A stretch of DNA of 64,000 nucleotides from Acidobacteriota bacterium. GTDB lineage: Bacteria > Acidobacteriota > UBA6911 > RPQK01 > JAJDTT01. Under the pieces are notes generated by a model. That model worked only from the letters and a program-made list of their open reading frames with translations. It was not told where the DNA came from and did no database searches. The stretch covers positions 4,320,001 through 4,384,000 of the forward strand of contig OZ253580.1 of the NCBI GenBank assembly GCA_965263035.1, read 5' to 3'. Positions 29,340 through 39,806 of this stretch are shown in pieces; position 1 is the first letter of the stretch, and every line of letters begins with the position of its first letter. The translations under genes and the position numbers were made by a program.

Positions 29340-30245
29340 CTAGGAGTCGGCGGCTCCCCTCCGCAGGTGGAGACACCAGGTGATGGGGGCCAGAGGAGGC
29401 AGGTCGCTTCGTCCTGCCACATACCTGCGATGGTGATCGGCCGGCGAGTCGTTCCGGACGATTTCCCAGAGGTTGCCCGGGTTCAGCACGGCGCCGACTT
29501 GGGCCGGGTCGAAGCGCGAGATCATGGGCTCGCCCTGTTTCTCCACAAGCGCCATCAGCCGGGCGAAGAGATCACGATCTCCCGGCGGCACGCGCTCGGC
29601 CGCGATCAGGTAGTCGAATACCAGTTCCGATCCCGGACTTGCGATCTCCGCCAAACGATCCAGATTTTCGAGGATGGAGGCCCGGGTGAGATAGTAGGTG
29701 ACTCCCATCCAGTTGAAGAATGATCGTGGACCGAGATCGAAACCGGCCGCAGTGAGCGCGTTTCGAAGATCGCCGCTCTCGAAGTCGAAGGGGACGAGGT
29801 TCAATCGAGCGGGAAGCTTCAGGTTCGCGGCGGCAAGTCGTTCTCTCTTCAGGCGGATCATCGCCGCGCGGTCGACTTCGAATACGGCCAGGTCCAGGTC
29901 CGGACGCCGGAACGCGAAAGAATCGAAGCCGGAGCCCAGGATCACGTACTGAGTCACGCCGTTGCGGGCCGCGGCTTCGAGAGCGTCTTCGGCGAACCGG
30001 GCGCGGGTCAGTTGCTGGATGCTGATGGGCATGAGTTTCTTCATGACGATCTTCGAGAGCACCCAGTCGAGCCAACGCGACGAGATGATCCTCCGCCACC
30101 GGTCTCCCAGTAGATGGATGGCGAAGGGGTCTTCGAAAATATGGGGTTTCCGGTGCCGGAGAAGATGCCGGGCGCGGCTCACCGCCGCGAGTTCGGCGGT
30201 GCGGCTGCCGCCGGTCCGGACATGATCGATCGATGTAATCGGCAC
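29340..30245 (-). CDS. Class I SAM-dependent methyltransferase (LCM family)
   Basis: SRTA, DPFA, QYVILGSGFDSFAFR, VFEVD, GVTYYL. Confidence 0.88.
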   Translation of the reverse strand: MPITSIDHVRTGGSRTAELAAVSRARHLLRHRKPHIFEDPFAIHLLGDRWRRIISSRWLDWVLSKIVMKKLMPISIQQLTRARFAEDALEAAARNGVTQYVILGSGFDSFAFRRPDLDLAVFEVDRAAMIRLKRERLAAANLKLPARLNLVPFDFESGDLRNALTAAGFDLGPRSFFNWMGVTYYLTRASILENLDRLAEIASPGSELVFDYLIAAERVPPGDRDLFARLMALVEKQGEPMISRFDPAQVGAVLNPGNLWEIVRNDSPADHHRRYVAGRSDLPPLAPITWCLHLRRGAADS

Positions 30246-30528
30246 GGCTCCCTTTCGTCCGGCTGGGTCTTGATCGGTGCGGCGTCATTGTATCTTGCAT
30301 GAGTTGGGCCGGCACCTCATTGGTCCTGGCGGCAGGCGGGAACTTGACACCCTGAAGCGGCGCCGAAGGGTGGGTTACAAGCAGGCGTCATTGCAGTAAA
30401 CTTTTCAACCAGGGTCCGATGGTTACGGGCCCGGGCCCTGCCGGACGCGCCGGTGCCGGGACGCATCCCCGGCCGGGCGTCCGAACGTTACGCCGGGGAC
30501 CCTCGGGTTCCGGGAAGGTGAGAGAGTT

Positions 30529-33500
30529 ATGCCGGTTTTTCGACGCTTCGCGTGGGTTTTTCTGCTGATCCTCTGGAGGTCCGTGGCGGCGCCCCTCGCC
30601 GCCGAGACCGGCGGGGATGTGTTCCGGGAGTTGGCGGACGAATACCGGGATCGGATCCGGCCACTGACCCGGCAGTTTTGCCTGGAGTGCCATTCCACCG
30701 AGAAACAGGTGGGCGAGTTGGATCTGGAGCAGTTCGCGACACTGTCCGAGGTGAGGCGCGGGACCAGGTCGTGGCTCAAGGTCATCGAGATGCTGGACAA
30801 TGGCGAGATGCCGCCCGGGTTCGCCAAGCAGCCGGCGCCCGGACAGCGGCTGCTGCTCAGGGACTGGGTGGATCGCTACCTCCAGGCCGAGTCATTGGCC
30901 CATGCCGGCGATCCGGGTCCCGTCGTCCTGAGGCGGCTCAACAACGCCGAGTACACCTACACCATTCGCGATCTGACGGGTATCGATCTGGACCCGGCCC
31001 GGCAGTTCCCCACCGACAGTGCGGCCGGCGAAGGTTTCACCAACACCGGGAACGCCCTGGTCATGTCGCCGGCGCTGCTGAGCAAGTACCTGGACGCCGG
31101 CAAGGAGATCGCCAGCCACGCAGTGCTGCTGCCGGACGGGTTCCGGTTCTCGGCCAAGTCCACAAGGCGCGACTGGACCGACGAGGTCCTGGCCCGGATC
31201 CGCGGTCTTTACGGACGGTACGTGGAGACGGCGGACTTCGGGGTCGGTTCGGCCGTAGGCAACCTCGCCGTTCACGGGGACACCCGAATCGGGTTGGCCG
31301 GACTGCTGCCCCTGGAGAAGTACCTGTCCGCCACTCTGTCGGAACGGGACGCTCTCCGAAGTGGCCGGAAGGACATCCGGACCGTCGCCCGGGAACATGG
31401 TTTGAGCGCCAAGTACCTGGACACCCTCTGGACCCATCTTTCGGCCCCTGAGTCCACTCTGGTGCTGAACGACCTGCGGGCCGAATGGCAGAGCGCCGGG
31501 CCGGAAGACGCCTCCTCGCTGGCCAGCCGGATCAGAGACTGGCAGAAGGGTCTCTGGACCTTCGGACCCGTGGGTCTCATCGGGCGGAAAGGTGGGCCGA
31601 CGCGGTGGATGGAGCCGGTGAATCCTCTGGTCACGGAGAAGACAGTCTGTTTCTCCGTTCCTGAGTTCGTGGACGGTTACGAGCCGAGGGATGTCATCTT
31701 TTCGCTGGTGGTGGGTGATGCCGGTGACGGAAACGGCAACGATTTCGTGGTGTGGCAGGAACCGCGCCTGGTGGCGCACGGGCGGCCCGGCATTCTCCTG
31801 CGCGACGTGAGAAGACTGGCCCGCTCGTTGGACGGGGAGTCTTCGGACGCCGCTTCCGAATGGGGACTGGACCCGGAACTGTTCGGCAGGCACCCGGACG
31901 GCCGTGCCATCGACGCCGACTCGCTCTGTGTCCAGGCACCGTCGGTGATTCAGATCCGTCTTCCGGGCCGTCTCCTTGCCGGCTACGACTTCGTCACCAC
32001 TGCCGTACTGGAAACGCAGACCGGCAGGGAGGGGAGCGTTCAGGTCGACCTGCTGCCCGGCGCCGCTACCGCCCAGTCCGGCCTCCTTCCTAGCAAGGTC
32101 ATGGTGAACTTTTCCCGGGTCACGCAGGTCTTCTCGGAGAACCGGGTCGTCTCCTTCCTGCGACCCATCCTCATCGCTCCCGAGACTCCCATGCGAGCCA
32201 GGATGGAGGCGGCGTTCGACGATTACCGCAAACTCTTTCCGGCGGCCCTCTGCTACAACCAGATCGTGCCCGTGGACGAGGTTCTCACCATCAACCTCTT
32301 CTATCGGGAGGATGACCATCTGGCCCGCCTGATGCTCGAGCCGGAGGAGGGAGCCCGGCTCGACCGGCTCTGGGTCGAGCTTCACTACGTGAGCCACAGC
32401 GCGTTTCAGCGGGTCCTGGCCCTGGACCTGCTGATGGAGGCGTTTCAGGGGAACGGCCTGGATGATCGGTCTCAGCACGAGGCCGTGCTTCCGCTACGCC
32501 GTCGCTACGACGGGGATGCCGCTGCCTTCCGCAAGCGTCTGCTCCGGAATGAGGCGATCCAGCTCGACGCCCTGGTCGAATTTTCCGCCCGGGTCTATCG
32601 GCGTCCCCTGAGCGACGGGGAGCAGGACCGGCTGCGGGGACTCTATCGCCGGCTTCGCGACGAAGAGATGGACCACGAGGAGGCGTTTCGGCTGACACTG
32701 GCCCGCATGCTGGTCTCGGCGCCTTTCCTGTATCGGCTGGAAGAGGCGCCGGCCGGTCCGGCCGGTCCGGTCTCCGATTGGGAGTTGGCAAACCGGTTGA
32801 GCTATTTCCTCTGGTCGTCGCTTCCGGATCAGGAACTCCTCTCCCTGGCTGCCGCCGGGCGCCTGCGGGACCCCGAGATCCTTTCCCAACAGGCCCGGCG
32901 CCTGCTCCAGGACCCTCGAGTGCGGCGTCTGGCCACCGAGTTCGCCTGCCAGTGGCTGCATATTCACGACTTCGACACCCTGGACGAGAAGAGCGAGAAG
33001 CACTTTCCCGAGTTCGCCGATCTGAGGTCGGACATGTACGAGGAGTCGATCCGGTTCTTCACCGATCTGTTTCGACGCGACGCCTCGCTGCTGAGTCTGC
33101 TGGATTCGGATCACACCTTCCTGAATCAGCGCCTGGCCCGCTTCTACGGAATCGAGGGAGTCGAGGGGGACGGCTGGCGCCGGGTCGACGGCGTCCGGTC
33201 GCAGGGCCGCGGCGGAATCCTGGGTTTCGCCACCACCCTGGCCCGGCAGTCGGGCGCCTCGCGCACGAGTCCGATTCTGCGGGGCAACTGGGTCAGCGAA
33301 GTCCTCCTGGGCGAGAGGCTCCCCCGGCCGCCCAAAGATGTGCCCCAGTTGCCCCCGGATGAGATCGCCACCGACGGTCTGACGGTGCGGCAGCTCGTGG
33401 CGCGTCACACCAGCGACCCCCAGTGTTCCGGCTGTCACCTGAAGATCGATCCCTTCGGATTCGCCCTGGAGGGATATGACGCCATCGGACGCCGCCGCCA

Positions 33501-33834
33501 GCACGATCTCGGCGGGCGCGTCATCGATACTCGGACCACGCTTCCGGACGGGACGGAAATCGACGGCTTGACCGGGCTCAGGGACTACTTGGTCGAGAAG
33601 CGGCGGGACGCCATCTTCCGCCAGTTCTACCGCAAGCTCCTGGGCTACGCCATCGCCCGGGAGGTGCAGCTCTCGGACCAGCCGCTCCTGAACGAGATGC
33701 AAGACCAGCTGGAGAAGAACGGGTACCGCTTCTCGGTCGCCATCGACATGATCGTCCGGAGCCGGCAGTTCCGGGAGATCCGGGGCCGGGAGATGCAACT
33801 GGCTCGGTCGCCGGCAGCGAGAAACGTGGATTGA
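30529..33834 (+). CDS. DUF1592/DUF1588 (PSD/PSCyt) domain protein with cytochrome c motifs
   Basis: CLECH, MPP, RRLNNAEY, ELANRLSYFLWSSLPD, TSPILRG, CSGCH..IDPFGFALE. Confidence 0.9.
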   Translation: MPVFRRFAWVFLLILWRSVAAPLAAETGGDVFRELADEYRDRIRPLTRQFCLECHSTEKQVGELDLEQFATLSEVRRGTRSWLKVIEMLDNGEMPPGFAKQPAPGQRLLLRDWVDRYLQAESLAHAGDPGPVVLRRLNNAEYTYTIRDLTGIDLDPARQFPTDSAAGEGFTNTGNALVMSPALLSKYLDAGKEIASHAVLLPDGFRFSAKSTRRDWTDEVLARIRGLYGRYVETADFGVGSAVGNLAVHGDTRIGLAGLLPLEKYLSATLSERDALRSGRKDIRTVAREHGLSAKYLDTLWTHLSAPESTLVLNDLRAEWQSAGPEDASSLASRIRDWQKGLWTFGPVGLIGRKGGPTRWMEPVNPLVTEKTVCFSVPEFVDGYEPRDVIFSLVVGDAGDGNGNDFVVWQEPRLVAHGRPGILLRDVRRLARSLDGESSDAASEWGLDPELFGRHPDGRAIDADSLCVQAPSVIQIRLPGRLLAGYDFVTTAVLETQTGREGSVQVDLLPGAATAQSGLLPSKVMVNFSRVTQVFSENRVVSFLRPILIAPETPMRARMEAAFDDYRKLFPAALCYNQIVPVDEVLTINLFYREDDHLARLMLEPEEGARLDRLWVELHYVSHSAFQRVLALDLLMEAFQGNGLDDRSQHEAVLPLRRRYDGDAAAFRKRLLRNEAIQLDALVEFSARVYRRPLSDGEQDRLRGLYRRLRDEEMDHEEAFRLTLARMLVSAPFLYRLEEAPAGPAGPVSDWELANRLSYFLWSSLPDQELLSLAAAGRLRDPEILSQQARRLLQDPRVRRLATEFACQWLHIHDFDTLDEKSEKHFPEFADLRSDMYEESIRFFTDLFRRDASLLSLLDSDHTFLNQRLARFYGIEGVEGDGWRRVDGVRSQGRGGILGFATTLARQSGASRTSPILRGNWVSEVLLGERLPRPPKDVPQLPPDEIATDGLTVRQLVARHTSDPQCSGCHLKIDPFGFALEGYDAIGRRRQHDLGGRVIDTRTTLPDGTEIDGLTGLRDYLVEKRRDAIFRQFYRKLLGYAIAREVQLSDQPLLNEMQDQLEKNGYRFSVAIDMIVRSRQFREIRGREMQLARSPAARNVD

Positions 33835-33845
33835 GGGGGACATAG

Positions 33846-34004
33846 GAGCCTGTGCGGTAGAAATCGATCTACTGCGAAAGCCGTAGAATCGGTCCATATT
33901 TCCCCGATTTCTCGGCGAATAGAACAACTATGCACCTCCAAATCGACAAAATCTGGCCTCGATTCCCCACTTTCTCGCTACGATCATTTCTACCGCGCAG
34001 ACTC
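33846..34004 (+). mobile_element. MITE family A copy 2 (159 bp)
   Basis: Near-identical to 21529-21687; lies between the DUF1592 and DUF1552 genes. Confidence 0.85.
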
Positions 34005-34140
34005 CAAGGAAGATTGGATGGAGGGCCTGGGCCGCCCGGTGGCATGAGATGCCGGTCGAATCCCGCGACGGAAAATTTCCGCGGGTCCCTATGCTAAAAT
34101 TGGGAACAGGACCCTCGGACCTGGACCAATGAGGCGCATC

Positions 34141-35445
34141 ATGAAGATTCAGCAATACTCTCGTCGGACGTTCCTGTGTGGCGCTGGCGTCACCATGGCG
34201 TTGCCCTGGATGGAGTCGCTTCCCGTCTGGGGCGCCTCCACCAAGGCGGCCGTCAACGGAGGAAGCCAGGCGCCGTTGCGCTTCGCAGTTCTGTTCTCCG
34301 GCAACGGTTTTCACACCAAGGAGTGGTGGGCCGAAGGTGAAGGATCGCAGATGCGGCTGGGCCGCGTGCTGGAGCCGCTGAACGACTTCCGCGAGAAGCT
34401 GACCTTCATCCGGGGCCTCTACAACGAAGAAGCCCTCAAGGGGAACATCCACAGTTCCCAGACCGGCAACATGCTGTCAGGAGCGCCTTTGGCATCGGGA
34501 GGGGAAATCCGGTCCGGGACCAGCGTGGATCAGGTCATCGCCCAACGCTATGGACGGTCGACCAAGGTACCGAGTCTGGTCCTGGGTTGCGAACGGTCCA
34601 ATCCGGGGATCCACAAGAACTACTCCATGCTCTACAGCTCCCACATCTCGTGGAGCTCGCCCACGGCTCCCACGCCGCTGGAGCTCTATCCGGCCCTGGC
34701 CTTCGATCGATTGTTCAACGACGAAGCCGAGCGCGGCGACCGGAGCGTGCTGGATGCCGTGCTGGAAGAGGCCCATTCCTTCCGGCGGTCCATCAGTTCG
34801 GGGGACCAGCACAAACTGGACGAGTACCTCAACTCGGTTCGGGAGGTAGAGCAGCGCATCGAGCGGTCCGGCCATAAGGGCGAGTTGCAAGGCTGGCGGC
34901 CGACCCTGGACAAGCCCAACATCCCGCGCCCGCCGGACGGCATCCCACAGGACCTGCAAGAGCACATGCGGCTCATGTGCGACATCCTGGTGCTGGGATT
35001 CCAGACCGACGCCACCCGGGTCTGCACCCTCAAGCTCAACAACGACCACAGCTACCTCTTGTTTCGCCACCTTGGCGTAGACGTGGGCCACCACGAGCTG
35101 TCGCACCGCGACAACGAGAAGTGGCTCCGCGTGAATCAGTTCTTTCTGGAGCAGTACGGCTACATCGCCCGGAAGCTGGACCGGATCCAGGAGGGAGAGC
35201 GGACGGCGCTGGACAACTCGGTGCTCATGTACTGCTCGAGCATGCTCACGGGGCGGCACGAGGCCACGAAGTTGCCGGTGGTGCTCCTGGGCGGCGGTGG
35301 CGGCCAGATTCAGGGGGGACGGATCCTGGACTACCGGGAGCGGCCCAACCGGAAGATGTGCAGCCTGTACCTGTCGTTGCTCGACAAGTTCGACGTCCAC
35401 CTGGAACGATTCGGCGACTCGGACCAGCGCTTGACGGAGATCTGA
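34141..35445 (+). CDS. DUF1552 domain-containing protein
   Basis: SRRTFL, ALPWMES, SVDQ, ISWS, SVLD.V, HHELSH, LDNS; usual partner of DUF1592 proteins. Confidence 0.9.
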   Translation: MKIQQYSRRTFLCGAGVTMALPWMESLPVWGASTKAAVNGGSQAPLRFAVLFSGNGFHTKEWWAEGEGSQMRLGRVLEPLNDFREKLTFIRGLYNEEALKGNIHSSQTGNMLSGAPLASGGEIRSGTSVDQVIAQRYGRSTKVPSLVLGCERSNPGIHKNYSMLYSSHISWSSPTAPTPLELYPALAFDRLFNDEAERGDRSVLDAVLEEAHSFRRSISSGDQHKLDEYLNSVREVEQRIERSGHKGELQGWRPTLDKPNIPRPPDGIPQDLQEHMRLMCDILVLGFQTDATRVCTLKLNNDHSYLLFRHLGVDVGHHELSHRDNEKWLRVNQFFLEQYGYIARKLDRIQEGERTALDNSVLMYCSSMLTGRHEATKLPVVLLGGGGGQIQGGRILDYRERPNRKMCSLYLSLLDKFDVHLERFGDSDQRLTEI

Positions 35446-35561
35446 TCCGTCGGGCTCTCTACGGTCGGATTCCGGGCTTCGCAATTCGAATACTCACGGC
35501 TTCGCCAGCTTCTTTCGCGGTTTGCTCGGGAGAAACGTTAAAGGAATTGTGGGTCGATGTG

Positions 35562-35864
35562 ATGAGTAGCGAATTGATCGGCATTTTGGGGGTCGGTGTG
35601 GCTTTGGCCGGCTTGGTTGTGACCGGCCTTCGGGGCTTCGAAAAGCGTTTGGGTGCACGCATCGATTCGTTGGAGCGGCGAGTGGATGCCGTCGAGTCGA
35701 AGTTGGAAGACGGGCTAAGTGCCCTCGAAACGAAATTGGAAGGCCGGCTGGATCTGATCGACAATCGACTGGGTGCGGTGGAACGGGGGCTGGCAAAGCT
35801 CGAAGGGCTCATGGAAGGAATGCGTGACGCCATGTTCGGGACGCGCCGTGCCGCCAACTCGTAG
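35562..35864 (+). CDS. Small membrane-anchored coiled-coil protein
   Basis: MSSELIGILGVGVALAGLVV transmembrane segment followed by heptad repeats. Confidence 0.65.
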   Translation: MSSELIGILGVGVALAGLVVTGLRGFEKRLGARIDSLERRVDAVESKLEDGLSALETKLEGRLDLIDNRLGAVERGLAKLEGLMEGMRDAMFGTRRAANS

Positions 35865-35967
35865 CAGCCCCGGGTAAATTCGGTCGACTATCGATCGATC
35901 GCAGCCTGGATTTGTGGAGGGTCGAAGGGAACCCGCAAAGGGACCTCCGTTCTCGATACCACTCCTC

Positions 35968-37155
35968 TCAGACCGCTGCTTTCAGGATCTCGGCGATTCG
36001 CCGGCCCACGATCTTGGCCTCTCCCGGCTGCAGGGTCCACACCAGTATTTCCAGTTCCTCCTTCTCCCAGGGACGGGCTTCGATGGCAGGCTCGCCGTCG
36101 CGGAGTTGCTCGATGACCTGGTCCCGGTGGATCCGGACCCGGGAGCGGTCCCATCCGATGTGCAATTGAGGCGAACGGTTGGCGATGGGGGGGACGAACC
36201 TTTCGGCCCGGACTCCCCGAATTTTCTCGACTCGGTTGGCGATGGTCTCGACCTGCCGCTCCCACCCTTGCCAGTCATTCTCGTGATCGAGCTGGAAATA
36301 GGTCTCCACCGCCACCATCATGGCCAACATCTCTTCCTTGTTGACCTTCATGCCCCGGCCGATGGTGTTGGCGTGCGGCAAGCCGTTGCGCCTGGCGGCT
36401 GCGATCAGATTCTTGCGGCCCAACAGCAGCCCGGTGCTCTGAGGACCGCGCATGGCCTTGCCTCCGGAGAAGGTGACCAGGTCGAACCCCATCCGGATGT
36501 ATTTGGTGAGGTTCTCGACGGGCGGGACATCGGCCGCGCAATCGATGAAGGTGGGGATCCCCAGTTTCTTTCCCAGCCCGGCGAACTCGGCCGCTTGGAT
36601 GTCGCCCTTCTCGTCGGCCAGGTTCAGAAACAGCATCATGGCGGTCTGCGAGCCGGCGGCTGCCAGCAGCTCATCCGCCGTCTCCACCTCCACCAACCGG
36701 ACCCCGCAGTTTCGCACGGCGTGGTCGTAGCTGAATCGATGTGATTTCTGGATCATGACTTCGTCGCGCATTCCGGTGGTGTCCGGGAGTCGGCGAATGA
36801 ACTCCTCGTTGGATCCCGTCATGCAGGCGGCCGTCCCCAGCGTCAGGGCGGAGGCGGCGCCGGCGCTGACCAGGGCGGCCTCCGAGCCGACCAGGGTGGC
36901 GATCCTGCTGCCGACGGCGTCGTGGAGCTGGTCCAGATTGACGAACTTCCGGGTGGCGTATTCCCAGGCATGAATCGCCTCGGGCCGCATCAAGCTGCCG
37001 GACAGGGCCGTGGAGGTTCCCGCCGCGTTGATGATGGGGCGGATTCCAAGTTCGGAAAAATAGTCTCGATTGTTCAACCTGCCGAACAACGGCCGGAAGT
37101 TGGCCAATAGGGGCGAGGTGGACAAAAGGGTCAGGAACCATCTCCGGTTGAACAT
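35968..37155 (-). CDS. PLP-dependent enzyme, SelA/DgaE-like family
   Basis: IINAAGT.T.LSGS, IDCAA, FSGGKAMRGPQSTG, IGRGMKVNKEE; Tat-like NRRWFL. Confidence 0.85.
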   Translation of the reverse strand: MFNRRWFLTLLSTSPLLANFRPLFGRLNNRDYFSELGIRPIINAAGTSTALSGSLMRPEAIHAWEYATRKFVNLDQLHDAVGSRIATLVGSEAALVSAGAASALTLGTAACMTGSNEEFIRRLPDTTGMRDEVMIQKSHRFSYDHAVRNCGVRLVEVETADELLAAAGSQTAMMLFLNLADEKGDIQAAEFAGLGKKLGIPTFIDCAADVPPVENLTKYIRMGFDLVTFSGGKAMRGPQSTGLLLGRKNLIAAARRNGLPHANTIGRGMKVNKEEMLAMMVAVETYFQLDHENDWQGWERQVETIANRVEKIRGVRAERFVPPIANRSPQLHIGWDRSRVRIHRDQVIEQLRDGEPAIEARPWEKEELEILVWTLQPGEAKIVGRRIAEILKAAV

Positions 37156-37274
37156 GGGCCGGTCTCCTCCAAAGGCGGGTTCATGGGAATCGCGCTGACC
37201 TGAGATTACGCCGCCGCCGGGCATGCTGGCAAGCGGGGGTGGAGGGGAGACGGAAGCCAGAAGAGACGATGACC

Positions 37275-38435
37275 CTACGGTGCCTCGCTCCCGGGAACGA
37301 TGGTGGCTTTGACGCAGCGCATCCCGGAGGCGGCTTCCGTGGCCGCCATGATCCCCTCCCGGCTGAATGGAAAAAGAACCTGCATGGCCTCCCACGGATA
37401 CCGGTCCAGACACCGCTCCAGCATCCGGATTCCCAGTGGAATGTCGTTGGCCGTGAAGGCCCAGCTCCCCAATATGGTGATGTCCTTGGAGCAGATGCGG
37501 TGCCAGTTGGTCTCGATGGAGCCGGCATCGGTGAACTGGCCCATCTCGACGTAGGTGCCCCCGTCTCGAAGCATCTCGATGCCCTCCGGACCCGCCGACG
37601 GGTGCCCGCTGGCCTCCACCACCAGATCGGCTCCGAATTTTCCCACCAGCGCACGGACGGATTCGATTCGGGATCGAGGCTCCGGATGATCTTCCAACGA
37701 AACGGTAGCGGCGGCGCCGAAGCGGCGGCAGAGGGCAAGCCGGGGTTTCTCGGGCGCACCGACCACCACTACCCGTCCGGCGCCCATCTCCTGAGCGGCC
37801 ACCAGGCAGAGCAGGCCGATGGGACCCGATCCCTGGATGACCACCGTGTCGCCCGATCGAAATCCGCCCGCCGAGACGGCCCGGTTCAGGGCCCGGACGC
37901 AACAGGTGAGAGGCTCCGACAGAGTGCCCCGCAACGAAGACATCTCCTCGGGCAGGCGGTAGATCTTGGTGGCCGGGAACATCTCCAGGTCGACGTAGAC
38001 CATCTCGGCCCAACCTCCCCAGAGATGAGGAGGCTTCTCGAAGGGGATGTAGCGTCCGTAATAGGTGGGTTGGAGACACTTGTTGGCCTGGTTCGGATAG
38101 TGAACGCAGTAGTAACACTCCCCGCAAGGCATCAACGGCGGGAGCATGACCCGGGCCCCCACTTCCAAGGGCTCTCCCATGAAGTCCGAATCGAGTTCCG
38201 GCCCGATCTCCTCGATCACGCCGGCCAATTCGTGCCCCAGTGTCAGGGGCCAGGGGAGAGGCCTGGGCCAATGACCCTTCAATATGTGCAGGTCGGTGCC
38301 GCAGACGCCGCAGGCCTCGATCCGGATGAGCGCCGCCTTGCGGGGCGTCGCCGGTCTCGGGACCGTGCGGATACGGGGAGGCGTTCCGGGTCCGTCAAAG
38401 GTCGCCACCTGAATCCCCCTCATTTCGGGCGCCAT
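37275..38435 (-). CDS. Zinc-binding (MDR) alcohol dehydrogenase
   Basis: CGVCGTD, GHE, C..C..C, GSGPIG. Confidence 0.9.
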   Translation of the reverse strand: MAPEMRGIQVATFDGPGTPPRIRTVPRPATPRKAALIRIEACGVCGTDLHILKGHWPRPLPWPLTLGHELAGVIEEIGPELDSDFMGEPLEVGARVMLPPLMPCGECYYCVHYPNQANKCLQPTYYGRYIPFEKPPHLWGGWAEMVYVDLEMFPATKIYRLPEEMSSLRGTLSEPLTCCVRALNRAVSAGGFRSGDTVVIQGSGPIGLLCLVAAQEMGAGRVVVVGAPEKPRLALCRRFGAAATVSLEDHPEPRSRIESVRALVGKFGADLVVEASGHPSAGPEGIEMLRDGGTYVEMGQFTDAGSIETNWHRICSKDITILGSWAFTANDIPLGIRMLERCLDRYPWEAMQVLFPFSREGIMAATEAASGMRCVKATIVPGSEAP

Positions 38436-38613
38436 TATGTCGCCGCCGGACGCGGCCGGCAAATGACCGGTTCCCCGAAACTGGTGCGAGAGAACACCCT
38501 GCCGGGATGGGGTTGAGGCCGTGGCGACTTTCGCCAGGGGCTGGTAGGCTGTAGCTTGAATGTCCGGGTCCGTGGATTCGGCGTGATGCGCTTCACGGAA
38601 AGGAAATCGAGGC

Positions 38614-39774
38614 ATGGATCGCAGACAGTTTCTCAAGGAGGCCGCCTTCACCACCAGCGGCGGATGGTTGGGATTGGAAGCCGCCCGGGGCCTCCAGTCC
38701 GGGACGGCCGCGGCGGAATCCTCCCCGGAGTCCATCCGAGTCGGAATCATCACGGAGCCGGGAGGTCAGCACCTGAGTTGGTTCACCCGGGCTCTGGGTG
38801 TCCTGGACGGAGTCGAGATGGTCGCCGCCGCCGACGAGTCGGGCGGCTTCTTCGAAAAGGGTCGAGAGTACCTGGGACCTCGGGCCTCCGAATTCCAGAC
38901 TTTCAAGGATTATCGCCAGCTGATCGGGGAGGTTCGTCCCCATCTCGTGCTGCTGGCTCTGGAGCCGGTGCATACTCCGCCCGTAGTGGAGGCGGTCCTT
39001 CAGGGGGGAGCCCACGTGCTGACGGACAAGCCCGGCTGTGTGCGCCTGGCCGATTTCGAGCAGGTGGCCCGCTTGGCCCAGTCCAAGAATCTGGAGTTGA
39101 TGCTGGGCCTCACGAACCGGACCAGTCCTCCGGCCCGCAAGGCCCGGGAGCTCGTGGAATCGGGTCTGCTCGGAAAGCTCTACGGGACGTCGGTGCATCT
39201 GGTGGCGGATCACACCCGTTTGACCAGGCCCTCATACTGGACCCAATGGGTGGCGTCCCGGGAGCGGGCTGGAGGCGGGAAGCTCATCTACCATGGGATC
39301 CATTATCTGGACCTGGTCCATTACATCGCCGGAGACACCATCACCGAGGTCGCCGGCTTCGCCGAGAAGGTCGGCGACCAGCCGGTCGATCTGGAAGATT
39401 CGGCCGTCCTGGCCTATCGGATGAGTCAGGGAACGGTGGGGACTCTGAACACGGGGTACTTTCTGCCCAAGGGATACAGCACTCTGGTCAAGTTCTGGGG
39501 GTCCCAGGGTTGGCTTCGCTTCGATTTGGCCGGCGGCCCTCCCATGACCTGGTATTCGACACATCCGGAGGCTCCCGGCAAGGCCCAATCCTTCTATTAC
39601 TCCCGGGAACCGAACACCTACACTCTGATGATGGAAGAGGCGGTGAATGCCGCTCGCGGCCTGGGTCCCTTTCCCATCACCACTCGGGAGAGCTTGAATT
39701 CGCTGAGGGTGGTCTTCGCCGCCTACGATGCGGCTCGCGAGGAGGCCAGTCAGACGGTGGCCTATTCCGGATAG
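38614..39774 (+). CDS. Gfo/Idh/MocA family oxidoreductase (Tat signal)
   Basis: DRRQFLK; HVLTDKP; GGGKLIYHGIH.LD. Confidence 0.85.
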   Translation: MDRRQFLKEAAFTTSGGWLGLEAARGLQSGTAAAESSPESIRVGIITEPGGQHLSWFTRALGVLDGVEMVAAADESGGFFEKGREYLGPRASEFQTFKDYRQLIGEVRPHLVLLALEPVHTPPVVEAVLQGGAHVLTDKPGCVRLADFEQVARLAQSKNLELMLGLTNRTSPPARKARELVESGLLGKLYGTSVHLVADHTRLTRPSYWTQWVASRERAGGGKLIYHGIHYLDLVHYIAGDTITEVAGFAEKVGDQPVDLEDSAVLAYRMSQGTVGTLNTGYFLPKGYSTLVKFWGSQGWLRFDLAGGPPMTWYSTHPEAPGKAQSFYYSREPNTYTLMMEEAVNAARGLGPFPITTRESLNSLRVVFAAYDAAREEASQTVAYSG

Positions 39775-39806
39775 CGGCGATCGAAGAGGTCGAGGAGAAG
39801 AGGACG

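Noticed and set aside
35968-37155. Selenocysteine synthase selA
   Set aside because: No selB/selC/selD nearby, short length and Tat-like N-terminus fit the DgaE-like subgroup better
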